The notes under the pieces are model-generated. The model saw nothing but the letters and a program-made list of their open reading frames with translations. It was not told the DNA's origin and searched no databases. From Azobacteroides phage ProJPt-Bp1, in sequence record AP017903.1: DNA of 40,000 bases. One strand, written 5' to 3'. Position 1 is the stretch's first letter. Each line of letters begins with the position of its first letter. Below are positions 8,085 to 17,700 of the stretch, piece by piece. The translations under genes and the position numbers were made by a program.

Positions 8085-8246
8085 ATGAAAAAGATTATAT
8101 TACCTATATTATTATTATCAGATGTAATCTTATTTGTTACAGAGATATCTGTACAACATGAACAATACATGAAACGGAAGGTGCACTTCCCTGTTGTATA
8201 TGACCATAATTACAGGAATGGACGAAGACTTCATAAAGCTCAATGA
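8085..8246 (+). CDS. Small signal-peptide/TM-containing protein (53 aa)
   Basis: MKKIILPILLLSDVILFVTEISVQHEQYMKRK..., a likely shorter start than the track ORF 8064..8246, matching the spacing of neighbouring MKK starts. Confidence 0.45.
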   Translation: MKKIILPILLLSDVILFVTEISVQHEQYMKRKVHFPVVYDHNYRNGRRLHKAQ

Positions 8247-8805
8247 GCAGGATACTGGCGATGCGTATGAGTATGATTATTTTTATCGTACTAGAAACTT
8301 TGCCGAGCATATAGATCATCTAAGAAGCTTCCTAGTTAAGTTGCAGAGAGCTGTATATAATAACCCAGACACATCATTAGAGGAACTGTATGTCGAGTTG
8401 GATTATCCAAACACTGGTGTTGGTGAAGCCGTAGACTTGGTTAGGCAATATGCAGAGAAATATGGTGGAGGAAAGGAGATAACAGAGATAACAACAGAGC
8501 TGGGGGATGCATTCGTCTCATGCGATCATGATAGGATAGACGAGGCTATAGAGAATATGTTTAGATTAAAAGACAAGCTAATTCCTGTAAAAGATGAATT
8601 TAACAGAAGAACAAAAGCGTTATTGGGAGAAGTTAAGCGGGCAGAAAGACGCTCGGCAATGGAGTATAGAAGCATTGGAGGGGATGAAGAACGAAGTGGA
8701 AGCGATGCGAAAGTTGATAATGGAGTCGGAGACACTAAGCGAAAAAGAAGCAAAAAGACTACTGTTCAGGCTAGTACAGATAGAGGAGAGAGCGAACTCA
8801 GTTAA
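8218..8805 (+). CDS. Hypothetical protein with basic/Ser-rich C-terminal tail
   Basis: Track ORF 8194..8805 begins at TTG; MDEDFIKLNEQD at 8218 is a plausible start (8200 also possible). C-terminus overlaps ORF 8594..8938 in another frame. Confidence 0.55.
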   Translation: MDEDFIKLNEQDTGDAYEYDYFYRTRNFAEHIDHLRSFLVKLQRAVYNNPDTSLEELYVELDYPNTGVGEAVDLVRQYAEKYGGGKEITEITTELGDAFVSCDHDRIDEAIENMFRLKDKLIPVKDEFNRRTKALLGEVKRAERRSAMEYRSIGGDEERSGSDAKVDNGVGDTKRKRSKKTTVQASTDRGESELS

Positions 8806-8938
8806 CTTCTTTATAAAGGACTACTCGTACACAAAAACACACAAGCAGTTCTACGAGGATATAATGAAGGAGACAATAACAACTACTATACAACAAGCGA
8901 AGCGTATAAGCGACAGGCTTAAACTAAAGAAGATATGA
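8594..8938 (+). CDS. Hypothetical helical protein, overlaps previous gene by 212 nt
   Basis: MNLTEEQKRYWEKLSGQKDARQW... helical composition; its stop overlaps the start of the next gene (ATGA at 8935-8938), typical of genuine neighbours here. Confidence 0.6.
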   Translation: MNLTEEQKRYWEKLSGQKDARQWSIEALEGMKNEVEAMRKLIMESETLSEKEAKRLLFRLVQIEERANSVNFFIKDYSYTKTHKQFYEDIMKETITTTIQQAKRISDRLKLKKI

Positions 8939-9546
8939 CGCTGGGCGAAGCAATAGCGAAAGGAAAGAAGTTCAAAATGGATGCATTATGTGTACATCAT
9001 ATGGGCGAAGCATTTTGGATAGAGGAGATGTTGTTTCATTTTGATAAGGGGTATATAGAATTAGTGCTTAAGGAAAATCAAAATGATATATCTATGGCTG
9101 CTATGCGACGTACGGTAGGGTGTACATGTACATCGGGTATATTTCTTTGCAGGAGTGAGAATGAGCATGAGCCAGGTAAGGGAGATAAACTAATGAATGA
9201 CATGCCATTAATAGCTACGTTAGATGGTGCATTAATGCCTATAGAAGATTTGTATAGAGATGAGGAATCACAATCGACATACTTGTTAACAAATTCATAC
9301 GATGCGTTCATACATAAGGACTTGATTAAACAAAGTCCGGAAGCAGTAAAACAGACAATAAACATGCTTGGTGAGTTTGCAAATATAATGCAAACAATAA
9401 AAGAGATAGAGAGTGAGAATGAAAACTACACAAGAAAGATTAACTTAGGGATCAAATTGCTTCAACAGGTCAGAAATCTACAATTGAAGAACGAAGTGTT
9501 CAAAGGCCTGATAGATAAATTGAAGAAAGAAAAAGATCCTAAATGA
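8935..9546 (+). CDS. Hypothetical protein
   Basis: 203 aa ORF, start and stop overlap both neighbours. Confidence 0.7.
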   Translation: MTLGEAIAKGKKFKMDALCVHHMGEAFWIEEMLFHFDKGYIELVLKENQNDISMAAMRRTVGCTCTSGIFLCRSENEHEPGKGDKLMNDMPLIATLDGALMPIEDLYRDEESQSTYLLTNSYDAFIHKDLIKQSPEAVKQTINMLGEFANIMQTIKEIESENENYTRKINLGIKLLQQVRNLQLKNEVFKGLIDKLKKEKDPK

Positions 9547-12500
9547 AGTTCGTTCCGCAGAGTACAATGATCAACGGGCAACCGTTGACGCATCATATAT
9601 GGCTAGGTATAGACAGCTTTGCCCATGCTGGGGAGCTATGGCTCAGACTATGTGCTGAGTACTTACAGCCAGAAGACCCAGAGGTAATTGATAGTTATCA
9701 GCTGGTAAGAAAGACATTCTTTAACTACGACGAGCTGGCGTTCAGATCGACGACAGAGCTGAACCCGTACTATAAGCCCGATGCACCGGCAGCGCCCGGA
9801 CTAGAGGGATACGATAAGAAATTACTAAACCCACATAAGGAAGCAGACGCGTCAGGACTGGAGTTCTTTGGTGCGTGGCCTAGGCGTACACTGGGTATAC
9901 AGCTACGTGTACATAAGCCATTGAATGCAGATTATACAGAAGACTCTGGGTTAGCACTGACAGATGATGGGCTGACGATACAGCTGACGGATAGGTATCA
10001 GTGGGAGGCACCACCATTCGCGTTCGCTGATAAGGCCCACGGGCTGAGGATAGTGAAGATGCCGGGGATAAACATCCCGTCAGGCTTGCTCATATATGAT
10101 AAGGGGTTGACAGTTAAGCTAGCTGATGACCTGAATGACCTTATCTACCCTGAAGACATGCCTAAGTACACGCCTGGGTCTAAGCCGATGACATTAGCTA
10201 CGGATCATGATGTGGCGTCAGGGGTAATAATGCATGACGTAGGTATAGGTATCAAGCTGACGGATAAGTACATGACACCGGATGTGGGTGAGTGGCCATC
10301 AGGGCTGATGCTGGCATATGAGGGGTTACGGATAAAGATCACCGATGAGGAGAACGAGTGGGGAGACAGCATAGATTTACAGAAGTACGAGTTCCCGTCA
10401 GGCATGGAGATAATACACGATGGGCTGAAGGTCAGGCTATCTGGCTGGGAAGACCCAAGTGGTGAGCCAGACCCGGACAACCCTCCACCGAAGAACCCAT
10501 ACCCAGGGCTGATAATACACCGGTCGGGGTTAGGGGTGAAGCTATCCAATGACTGGAACCCTAAGCAGGACCCGGATGGGGAAGGGACGATAGAGTACCC
10601 ACCAAGTGGACTCATTATACACAAGTACGGACTGGGGGTTAAGCTGAGTGATAAGTACGAGCCGGACCCTCCTGCACCAGATGATGGTGGGGACACGAAC
10701 GCATTAGGTGAGAACGATGAGGATAAGCCAGTGCCATCAGGATTAGAGATTGTACCTAAGGGGCTGAAGGTGTTACCTAGGCCAGGGGGTGGTATACGCC
10801 TAGACAAGGATGGGCTGGAGATGTTTCTTGCTAAACCACCAGGATTAGCTTTGCTGGATAAGGGTAAGCCATTGCCTGTGCCTGACCCAGAGCCAGACCC
10901 AGACCACCCAGATGATGAGGCTAAGCCAAGTGGGTTGACAGTGAAGCTGACAGATACGTTTGAGGAGAAGGATGATGATAAGGAACCATCAGGACTGCTG
11001 GTGATAGATAAAGGTCTGACAGTCAAGCTAACAGATACACATACGGGTGATGAGGAAGAAGTGCCTTCAGGGCTATTGCTACAGAAGGATGGGTTGACAG
11101 TGAAGCTGACGGATGAGCATGTAGGTGATGAGGAGCCAGTATACTCTGCTATGTCGTTGGTGAAGGGTAAGGGACTAAAGGTGAGACTAGCAGACCCAGA
11201 GGATGACCTAGAGGCTCCAACAGAGTACTCGGGTATGGAGATAAAGGAGAAGGGGTTGAACATCAAGCTGATAGAAGAGAAGAGTGGGTTGAAGAAGGAA
11301 GAGGAAGGTATGTCTATCATGGTCAAGGATGATGCTGGGCTGGAGCTAGGCGAGGACGGACTGGAAGTGAAGGTGAAGGATGATGGGGGTATAGAGCTAG
11401 ATAATGACGGGATATCTGTCAAGGTAGATGACGATGGTGGGATAGAGAACGGTAGTAACGGGTTGAGAGTGAAGGTGAAGAGTGATGGAGGGATAGGCAG
11501 GGATGATGATGGGCTGTATGTGAAGATAAAGAACAACGGTGGGATAGAGTCAGATAACAGTGGGATATACATTGATGTCGGTGATGGGCTGTCAATGAGT
11601 GGTGGGGAGATAAGTGTTAAGGTGCAGAGCCCTATAACAGTAGGAAGTGGTGGTGTAGGACTGAGTGTTGGTAACGGATTATCAAAGTCAGCTACTGGTA
11701 GCTTAGAGGTGAAGGCAGATATGTCTGGTGCTATAAGCGTGGGCATGGGTGGTGTGGATGTGAAGGTGTCATCAATGGCTGGAAATGAGTTGCAGAAGGT
11801 TCCTGGGATGGGGTTGTACGTACCACCGAAGTTGACAAAGAAGAAAGGTATAGGGTATAAGATATCCCCTGCGGACATATTAACAGATGAGGAGATAGAT
11901 GCAATCATCGAAGAGGACATGGAGCCAATAACGTTCATGGATGATATGTTCGAGAAGACTAAGGAGGGTGGTAGAGAACGGTATAGAAAGACAATAGAGA
12001 TAATGCAGGAGATGCTGACGGCTAGCGGAACGATGGCATTATACTGTAAGAGAGATGATGATGATGACGATGATGATGATGATGATAATGACAAGAAACA
12101 GGATCAGGACGATAGCGGAGATAATGAAAATAATGATTCAGGTAAGCATGATGATAGTGGTAATAGCAGTAGTAAGAGTAATCCATTATCGAAGATAGGT
12201 GGATGGTTAGCCACATTGGCTGGGCTAGTAGCTGTGATAGCTGGCTTATTTGGTTCGATGCTTGGTAGTGCATTGAGTGGGTTGGGTAGTGTGTTTACTG
12301 CCATAGCAGGTATAGGGGGAGCATTAGCTGGTGCAGTAGCAGGATTATTAGGAGGTCTAGCAGGTGGGCTATTAGGGTTCTTCTTCAGTGGGTCGTTTGA
12401 CGATAAGACAAAGAAAGGGCTTGATGAGGCAGCAGAGCAGATGTTCGATGAGAACTACAAGTACATCAACACTATATTAAACAAGTCTACTGACTGGCAT

Positions 12501-13154
12501 TCATATGTGTCTGTACAGATATATCGTTTGCAGTACTACTCGTTAATCTTTGAGAAGATGGTACCGCAGATATGGGATACATTAGAGATGCATTTAGAAC
12601 TATCGTTTAATGCGTACTTCTGCGGCGTGACAGTGTATAGGGCAAATGTGGACGCTATTAATGATTATCAACCTGCAGGACCGTGGCCTCCACAGAATAC
12701 ATGGTCCTATAAAGATATTTTCTCATACACGTTTTGGAATGGATTAAGAAAGGCTATCTGTTATCAACAGATATCTAATGATACACAGGTGTTTAACCCT
12801 AGGTACTTCTCTCCACACTGGACATTGCATAGGATGATGGACTATCCAGTGAGAGAACGTTCGGTATATAGGTTGTTCTATTATACATATACAACTGTTC
12901 AATGGTCTAAGAAGACTTATACAGGAGATTATTATACAGCAAAAGGGTTTAAGCCAGGAACAGTGAGATGTGTGGGTGAGATATGGTGGTATACATATGG
13001 ACAGAGTAGGAGGATAATAATTAAGATGATACATGGGTTTTGTACTGATGCGACATGGGGTACTCCATATGCTAATGATCAGTCGTTTGATTATTATTGC
13101 CTAGTTACTCCGTACACAGGTGGCGGGCTTGGGACATTCACTATAGACATATAG
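9543..13154 (+). CDS. Large repeat-containing fibre/appendage-like structural protein (1203 aa)
   Basis: Many degenerate repeats of the type (P)SGLLIxxKGLTVKLTD, later GGIExxxDGLxVKVKDD, then poly-Asp/Asn linker, Gly-rich hydrophobic segment and an aromatic-rich C-terminal domain. Confidence 0.65.
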   Translation: MKFVPQSTMINGQPLTHHIWLGIDSFAHAGELWLRLCAEYLQPEDPEVIDSYQLVRKTFFNYDELAFRSTTELNPYYKPDAPAAPGLEGYDKKLLNPHKEADASGLEFFGAWPRRTLGIQLRVHKPLNADYTEDSGLALTDDGLTIQLTDRYQWEAPPFAFADKAHGLRIVKMPGINIPSGLLIYDKGLTVKLADDLNDLIYPEDMPKYTPGSKPMTLATDHDVASGVIMHDVGIGIKLTDKYMTPDVGEWPSGLMLAYEGLRIKITDEENEWGDSIDLQKYEFPSGMEIIHDGLKVRLSGWEDPSGEPDPDNPPPKNPYPGLIIHRSGLGVKLSNDWNPKQDPDGEGTIEYPPSGLIIHKYGLGVKLSDKYEPDPPAPDDGGDTNALGENDEDKPVPSGLEIVPKGLKVLPRPGGGIRLDKDGLEMFLAKPPGLALLDKGKPLPVPDPEPDPDHPDDEAKPSGLTVKLTDTFEEKDDDKEPSGLLVIDKGLTVKLTDTHTGDEEEVPSGLLLQKDGLTVKLTDEHVGDEEPVYSAMSLVKGKGLKVRLADPEDDLEAPTEYSGMEIKEKGLNIKLIEEKSGLKKEEEGMSIMVKDDAGLELGEDGLEVKVKDDGGIELDNDGISVKVDDDGGIENGSNGLRVKVKSDGGIGRDDDGLYVKIKNNGGIESDNSGIYIDVGDGLSMSGGEISVKVQSPITVGSGGVGLSVGNGLSKSATGSLEVKADMSGAISVGMGGVDVKVSSMAGNELQKVPGMGLYVPPKLTKKKGIGYKISPADILTDEEIDAIIEEDMEPITFMDDMFEKTKEGGRERYRKTIEIMQEMLTASGTMALYCKRDDDDDDDDDDDNDKKQDQDDSGDNENNDSGKHDDSGNSSSKSNPLSKIGGWLATLAGLVAVIAGLFGSMLGSALSGLGSVFTAIAGIGGALAGAVAGLLGGLAGGLLGFFFSGSFDDKTKKGLDEAAEQMFDENYKYINTILNKSTDWHSYVSVQIYRLQYYSLIFEKMVPQIWDTLEMHLELSFNAYFCGVTVYRANVDAINDYQPAGPWPPQNTWSYKDIFSYTFWNGLRKAICYQQISNDTQVFNPRYFSPHWTLHRMMDYPVRERSVYRLFYYTYTTVQWSKKTYTGDYYTAKGFKPGTVRCVGEIWWYTYGQSRRIIIKMIHGFCTDATWGTPYANDQSFDYYCLVTPYTGGGLGTFTIDI
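9940..11790 (+). repeat. Degenerate tandem protein-coding repeat array in the fibre-like ORF
   Basis: Repeated coding sequences such as gggttgacagtgaagctgac with variable acidic/proline spacers; approximate boundaries. Confidence 0.75.
12054..12092 (+). repeat. GAT/GAC trinucleotide repeat encoding poly-Asp
   Basis: gatgatgatgatgacgatgatgatgatgatgataatgac encodes DDDDDDDDDDDND. Confidence 0.9.
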
Positions 13155-13235
13155 TAAATAGTTACCAAAGAGAAGGCATACGGTATTGGATAATTGAGCG
13201 TATATTGCGTGCGTTAAAAAATAATATAAAATCCA

Positions 13236-14219
13236 ATGGCAGTATTTACTAAAAATAATATTTTTCTTCGGAACAAAGCTGGATTGAGCACGTCGCTTGA
13301 ACCAGGAAAGCTAACTCTGAAGAGGGACTTTTATGATCCTGACACAGGAGACATCATAAACACCGTCCAGAATGTTATCACTTATGATCCATCAGGTGGA
13401 ACGATAAGTGCATTCCCAAAGATAGCATTCACAATAACCGGACTAGACGAAATAGGACAGTCAACATTTTCTATATACCATGGACTAGATGGACTAGCTA
13501 CAATAGCAAGCCCAGTAGATGTGAGCATATATGATAAGGAAGACGGTTCACAAGTATTCTGTAATATATCACGTTATTTGAGTTATGTAGTGTTAGACTT
13601 TGATTACAATATCACTAACACTGACCACTTGATAGTTACTATAGAACAGCAGATGATATCTAGCAGAGATAGATTCTCATTCTTCCACTGGTTCTATGGG
13701 TTGAATGCTGAAGGCGGAAAAGTATATACAGGAGCGTCAGCAGTAGACTTGACTGAATTTATACAAGATGAAGACCTATGCTTTACTGAATGGGTTCCTA
13801 CAGATACATCAGGAAGTGGAGTAAGCAGAGTACAGTTCGCGTTGATAACACAGGCATTCATTGATGACATGTACATCGGTGGACAGTCAGCAGCAACAAC
13901 AGCTGGTGTGGTGGTTGGAGACGTATGGATCCTATCTATACTAGATACAACAGTAGATGATGTAACAACATCAGCATATGTTGAATCAAAATGTGTTAAG
14001 TACATAACCGCCGGAGCGTTGGCTGCTAGTTCAACATACACTGTTCCAACTTCAGATCTATTAGAACCTGCATCATTAAACGAAACGGTGATCATTGAAG
14101 ATGCTAATGCACCTGCATTGACAGATGCATACTTTCAGATAGCAGTACCAACAGTGAAGAAACGTACATTCAAACCTAACGGAAAGAAAGGTAACGGATT
14201 CAAAAGATTCAAACGTTAA
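13236..14219 (+). CDS. Probable structural protein, unknown function
   Basis: 327 aa, beta/Thr-rich, basic C-terminal tail (KKRTFKPNGKKGNGFKRFKR), placed among fibre genes. Confidence 0.5.
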   Translation: MAVFTKNNIFLRNKAGLSTSLEPGKLTLKRDFYDPDTGDIINTVQNVITYDPSGGTISAFPKIAFTITGLDEIGQSTFSIYHGLDGLATIASPVDVSIYDKEDGSQVFCNISRYLSYVVLDFDYNITNTDHLIVTIEQQMISSRDRFSFFHWFYGLNAEGGKVYTGASAVDLTEFIQDEDLCFTEWVPTDTSGSGVSRVQFALITQAFIDDMYIGGQSAATTAGVVVGDVWILSILDTTVDDVTTSAYVESKCVKYITAGALAASSTYTVPTSDLLEPASLNETVIIEDANAPALTDAYFQIAVPTVKKRTFKPNGKKGNGFKRFKR

Positions 14220-14243
14220 GGGTAAGAGAAAATAAATATAAGG

Positions 14244-14280
14244 ATAATCATTGCTAGGTTAACTGGTAATGATTATTTTT
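14244..14280 (+). terminator. Rho-independent-like terminator
   Basis: ATAATCATT (14244-14252) / AATGATTAT (14268-14276) perfect 9-bp stem followed by TTTT, downstream of the 13236..14219 ORF. Confidence 0.55.
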
Positions 14281-14284
14281 ATTT

Positions 14285-14392
14285 ATGAATAATAATAAGG
14301 GATCAAATACTTGGACAAGTAAGCGAGAAGAATACTTGCCTGAGGAGTTATATGTAGCACAAGAATCAATCACAGTATATAATTATTTCTAA
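14285..14392 (+). CDS. Small protein (35 aa), possible
   Basis: Read manually: MNNNKGSNTWTSKREEYLPEELYVAQESITVYNYF; TAATG overlap with the next start. Confidence 0.3.
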   Translation: MNNNKGSNTWTSKREEYLPEELYVAQESITVYNYF

Positions 14393-14715
14393 TGGCCAAT
14401 CCAAATATCACCGCTAAGCTTGCGGGTAGAGACGATAACTATGAGCAATTTAAAGACCTCAAGACGCTCACTGACGGCAAGCGGTTATCATACCTATTGG
14501 ATGATGACTATCTAATATCTGAACAGGTACATATAGACATAGACTTTGGTAATACAGTAGTTACCTTAACACCTATAACAGAAGAGACTGTTTCTCCATT
14601 ATGTTACAAAGGGTTCTTTGAGAGCGTGACTATTAATGGTACTGCATTGGCGACGTTTGATGATATAGATGATAAGGATGCGGTAATTAAATTATTTAAA
14701 GTAGCAGAATACTAG
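14392..14715 (+). CDS. Small unknown protein upstream of fibre gene
   Basis: 107 aa ORF in a compact operon position. Confidence 0.6.
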   Translation: MANPNITAKLAGRDDNYEQFKDLKTLTDGKRLSYLLDDDYLISEQVHIDIDFGNTVVTLTPITEETVSPLCYKGFFESVTINGTALATFDDIDDKDAVIKLFKVAEY

Positions 14716-14718
14716 TCT

Positions 14719-17700
14719 ATGCGTTTAACAGGAGCACCTATACATGGAGATGTAAGGGATATCAGGCAAGGTGCAGATAAGTTTATTATCATTGATAATC
14801 ATGCTTATTACACAACGTTCTCGATAGAGTTCTCTACTGAAGAGGGAACGATACAGTTTGTTGATGATCAGATAGGAACACTGTTTGAAGCAGAGATAGC
14901 TAATCTAATGATCGATGGTGTGCCTGCTAGCACGAACCCATTAGAGTTAGAGGTACAGATCAGACCATTCGAGAGAGACGTGTTCACGGTAGATGATATA
15001 ATCCGTGCGAGGTACTTCGTGTGGAGGCATCACTCATGGGAAGACGGGGATAGCTTGATACAGAACACCGTTGAGGGGTACATAGAAGTAAAGACTATCG
15101 AAGGGACGGACTACGAGTCGAGGATGAACATCTTCCCACAGCAGATAGATATGACCGTGCTGGAAGGAGAGGATTACACAACCTTTCTACGTATGGGCGC
15201 GAAGGACTTCTTGATAGAGAACGGCGTACGTGCATTCACAATAGACCAGAACAAGATTGAACTGAAGTACAACCAGACAAGGCTCATGGTGGCAAATGAG
15301 GATGTGCGGTTGAACATGCCTAGCTCATCGACTAACTTAGAGTTAATAGCTAAACCATCAGAGATACTTGCAAGGATTGATAGGACTTCTTCTAATACAT
15401 CAGGGAGCATACGTATACAACCTGAGTTGGTGTGGATAAGCTCAACACAAGCACCGATGACCAGTGGCGGCATACTGATAAGACCTGGCAATGTGAATCT
15501 ACAGACAGCGACAGGTCAGGAAGGTGTGATGGCAAGCATAAACCTGAATGGTGAATGGGGAACGATAGACCATGGACATGGTAACACACCTGAACCGGCG
15601 AACGCTATAGCGACATACCAGGAAGTACAGGATTCGATATACGTATACACATACACAGATACAGCATTAGGATGGCAGGTAGAGGAGAACCAGACACTGC
15701 TATTCGCACATACAGACATACAGCCTGACCTAACAAACTACGTACAGGCATTAATAACACATACAGACGCTGAGAGCAAGGTGACTGAGAAGCTCATACT
15801 GAATGAGCCGACAGATGCATCGGTGTACATAGCGTCAAACTACGACAATGGTGATAAGATAGCAGCTATAAACCTTGAAGGGGGATGGGCTACAGTGGAC
15901 CAGGTGGGTGGAGTGACTCCTAGACCATGGGACTCAATAGCGACGATAGAGGATATAGATGTGTATGCTGACCAGTACACGTTCGTACAGGATGGATGGA
16001 ACTGGAAAGCGTTTCAGGATGATGCACTGATATTCACTTATACAGCAAATACGAACATTGTTCCTGCTGTGACAACAGATAGTACAGACTCATTAGTGAT
16101 AGACACCACTGATGCTAATCTAAGCATATCACAGATAGATGGGGATATGACATATAGCATATCTGTTCATCAAACAGACAAGGCGTTAGACCTGATGGTT
16201 GAGAACAATGGCACTACACCTACGCTTGGATACTTGAGGCTGAACGATGAGTTCACGTTGCTGGGATCAACAGGAGCGATATTCAGCGAGAACGGATATG
16301 TGGTTGTTGATAGTGAGACAGATACAACATCATCAAGGCCACAGAACAGTGTGGTACAGTACTCGGAGCTTGAAGGTTTAGTAAACACAGTAGATACATT
16401 AGATCTAGAGACCTATCATGATTCAGAGTTCACTGGTAAGGGAACGCAGAATGATGTACTAAAGCTGAAGTTTGATAGCTTTTCATTAGAGAAGTGGGAA
16501 GATGGGACGTTAGCTGTTAGTGACTACCCATTACTATGGGAAGAACTTGAAGCTTTAACAAATAAAGTAACAGTATTAGAAAAGAATCTTACTTATGTAG
16601 TTGTTGTTTATCCTTATGCTGAGTATGATGGAGGAGAAGCAGTATTAGATTATTATGTAACCCACACATTTGTAACAAAGAATGTATATGCTAGATTAGA
16701 ATATGCTGAGACTGGCATGGCGATACATGATTTTGTATATACTCCTATTGATCATGACGTTGTAAAAATAACTTTTCAAGAACCTCCAGAAGGACCATTT
16801 GAAGTTAAGATTGATAGATGGTTAAGCTTTAGTACTGAATTAGGTACATATTGGAATATTTTCTTTGTTGATGAAGATAAAGATGTTGATACTGGTACGT
16901 ATCATGTTAGAACATATGGTCCTACACAGGTTAAGTCTGGTAGTGATGTTATGTTTATGTGTGATATAGATTTTCCTGTATACATTGAATCATGGGATAT
17001 ATACAATTGTGATTCCGAGGGAGTTCCAGAATCTATGACTGATGGTTATGTAGTCAATAAAAACATAATACACGGAACATCTACAAACTATGTCATTGTT
17101 AATATACCGTTCTCTTTAACTCCTGGTGGAAATTTGCTTATCGATGCGACACCAAAGATGTCTGATGCATATAATCCATATTTAGCTGGACTTACCATAA
17201 TAAATAATCTTCCTATAACACCAACATTCGATCCGACAACGTTAGAGTACGAATTATCATATCCTGTTGCGTGGGATTATGGCAATGTAACTGTTGAGCC
17301 TGTTTTAGGCGTTCCTAATCAGACATGGTCAAGAACAGTTGTTACTACAGATCCTAATTGTAGTGGTAGGAGTTATCCTAATATTAATATGGGTAAGACA
17401 TCTATAAAAATAGTTGTTTACTCGCCTAATCAAATTGCTTCTGTAACATATTATATTATACTAAAGAAGTATCCTGTTCATGTATTGAATTATTTCTATG
17501 CCGTATTAGATATTAATTCTGGAGCAATGGATCAGTTAGCGGATCTAGGAGTTACAGGAAATACCGAAGGATGTAATGGTATGCTTGGATATTTCTATTT
17601 TAGCGGATCGCAATTGCTTAGCACGATAACATTACAAAACCTACCAGTTGGTGTGGAGAAAAATAATCCAGTAGAAGTTAAGTTTGCGTATTTAATGCCT

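Noticed and set aside
9940-11790. CRISPR-like or non-coding repeat interpretation of the repeat region
   Set aside because: Repeats are degenerate, codon-phased and inside a long ORF, which fits protein repeats rather than CRISPR.
10205-12094. 629-aa minus-strand ORF opposite the fibre-like gene
   Set aside because: Composition (Ser/Pro/Thr low complexity) is the antisense shadow of GAT/GGN/CTG repeat codons on the plus strand.
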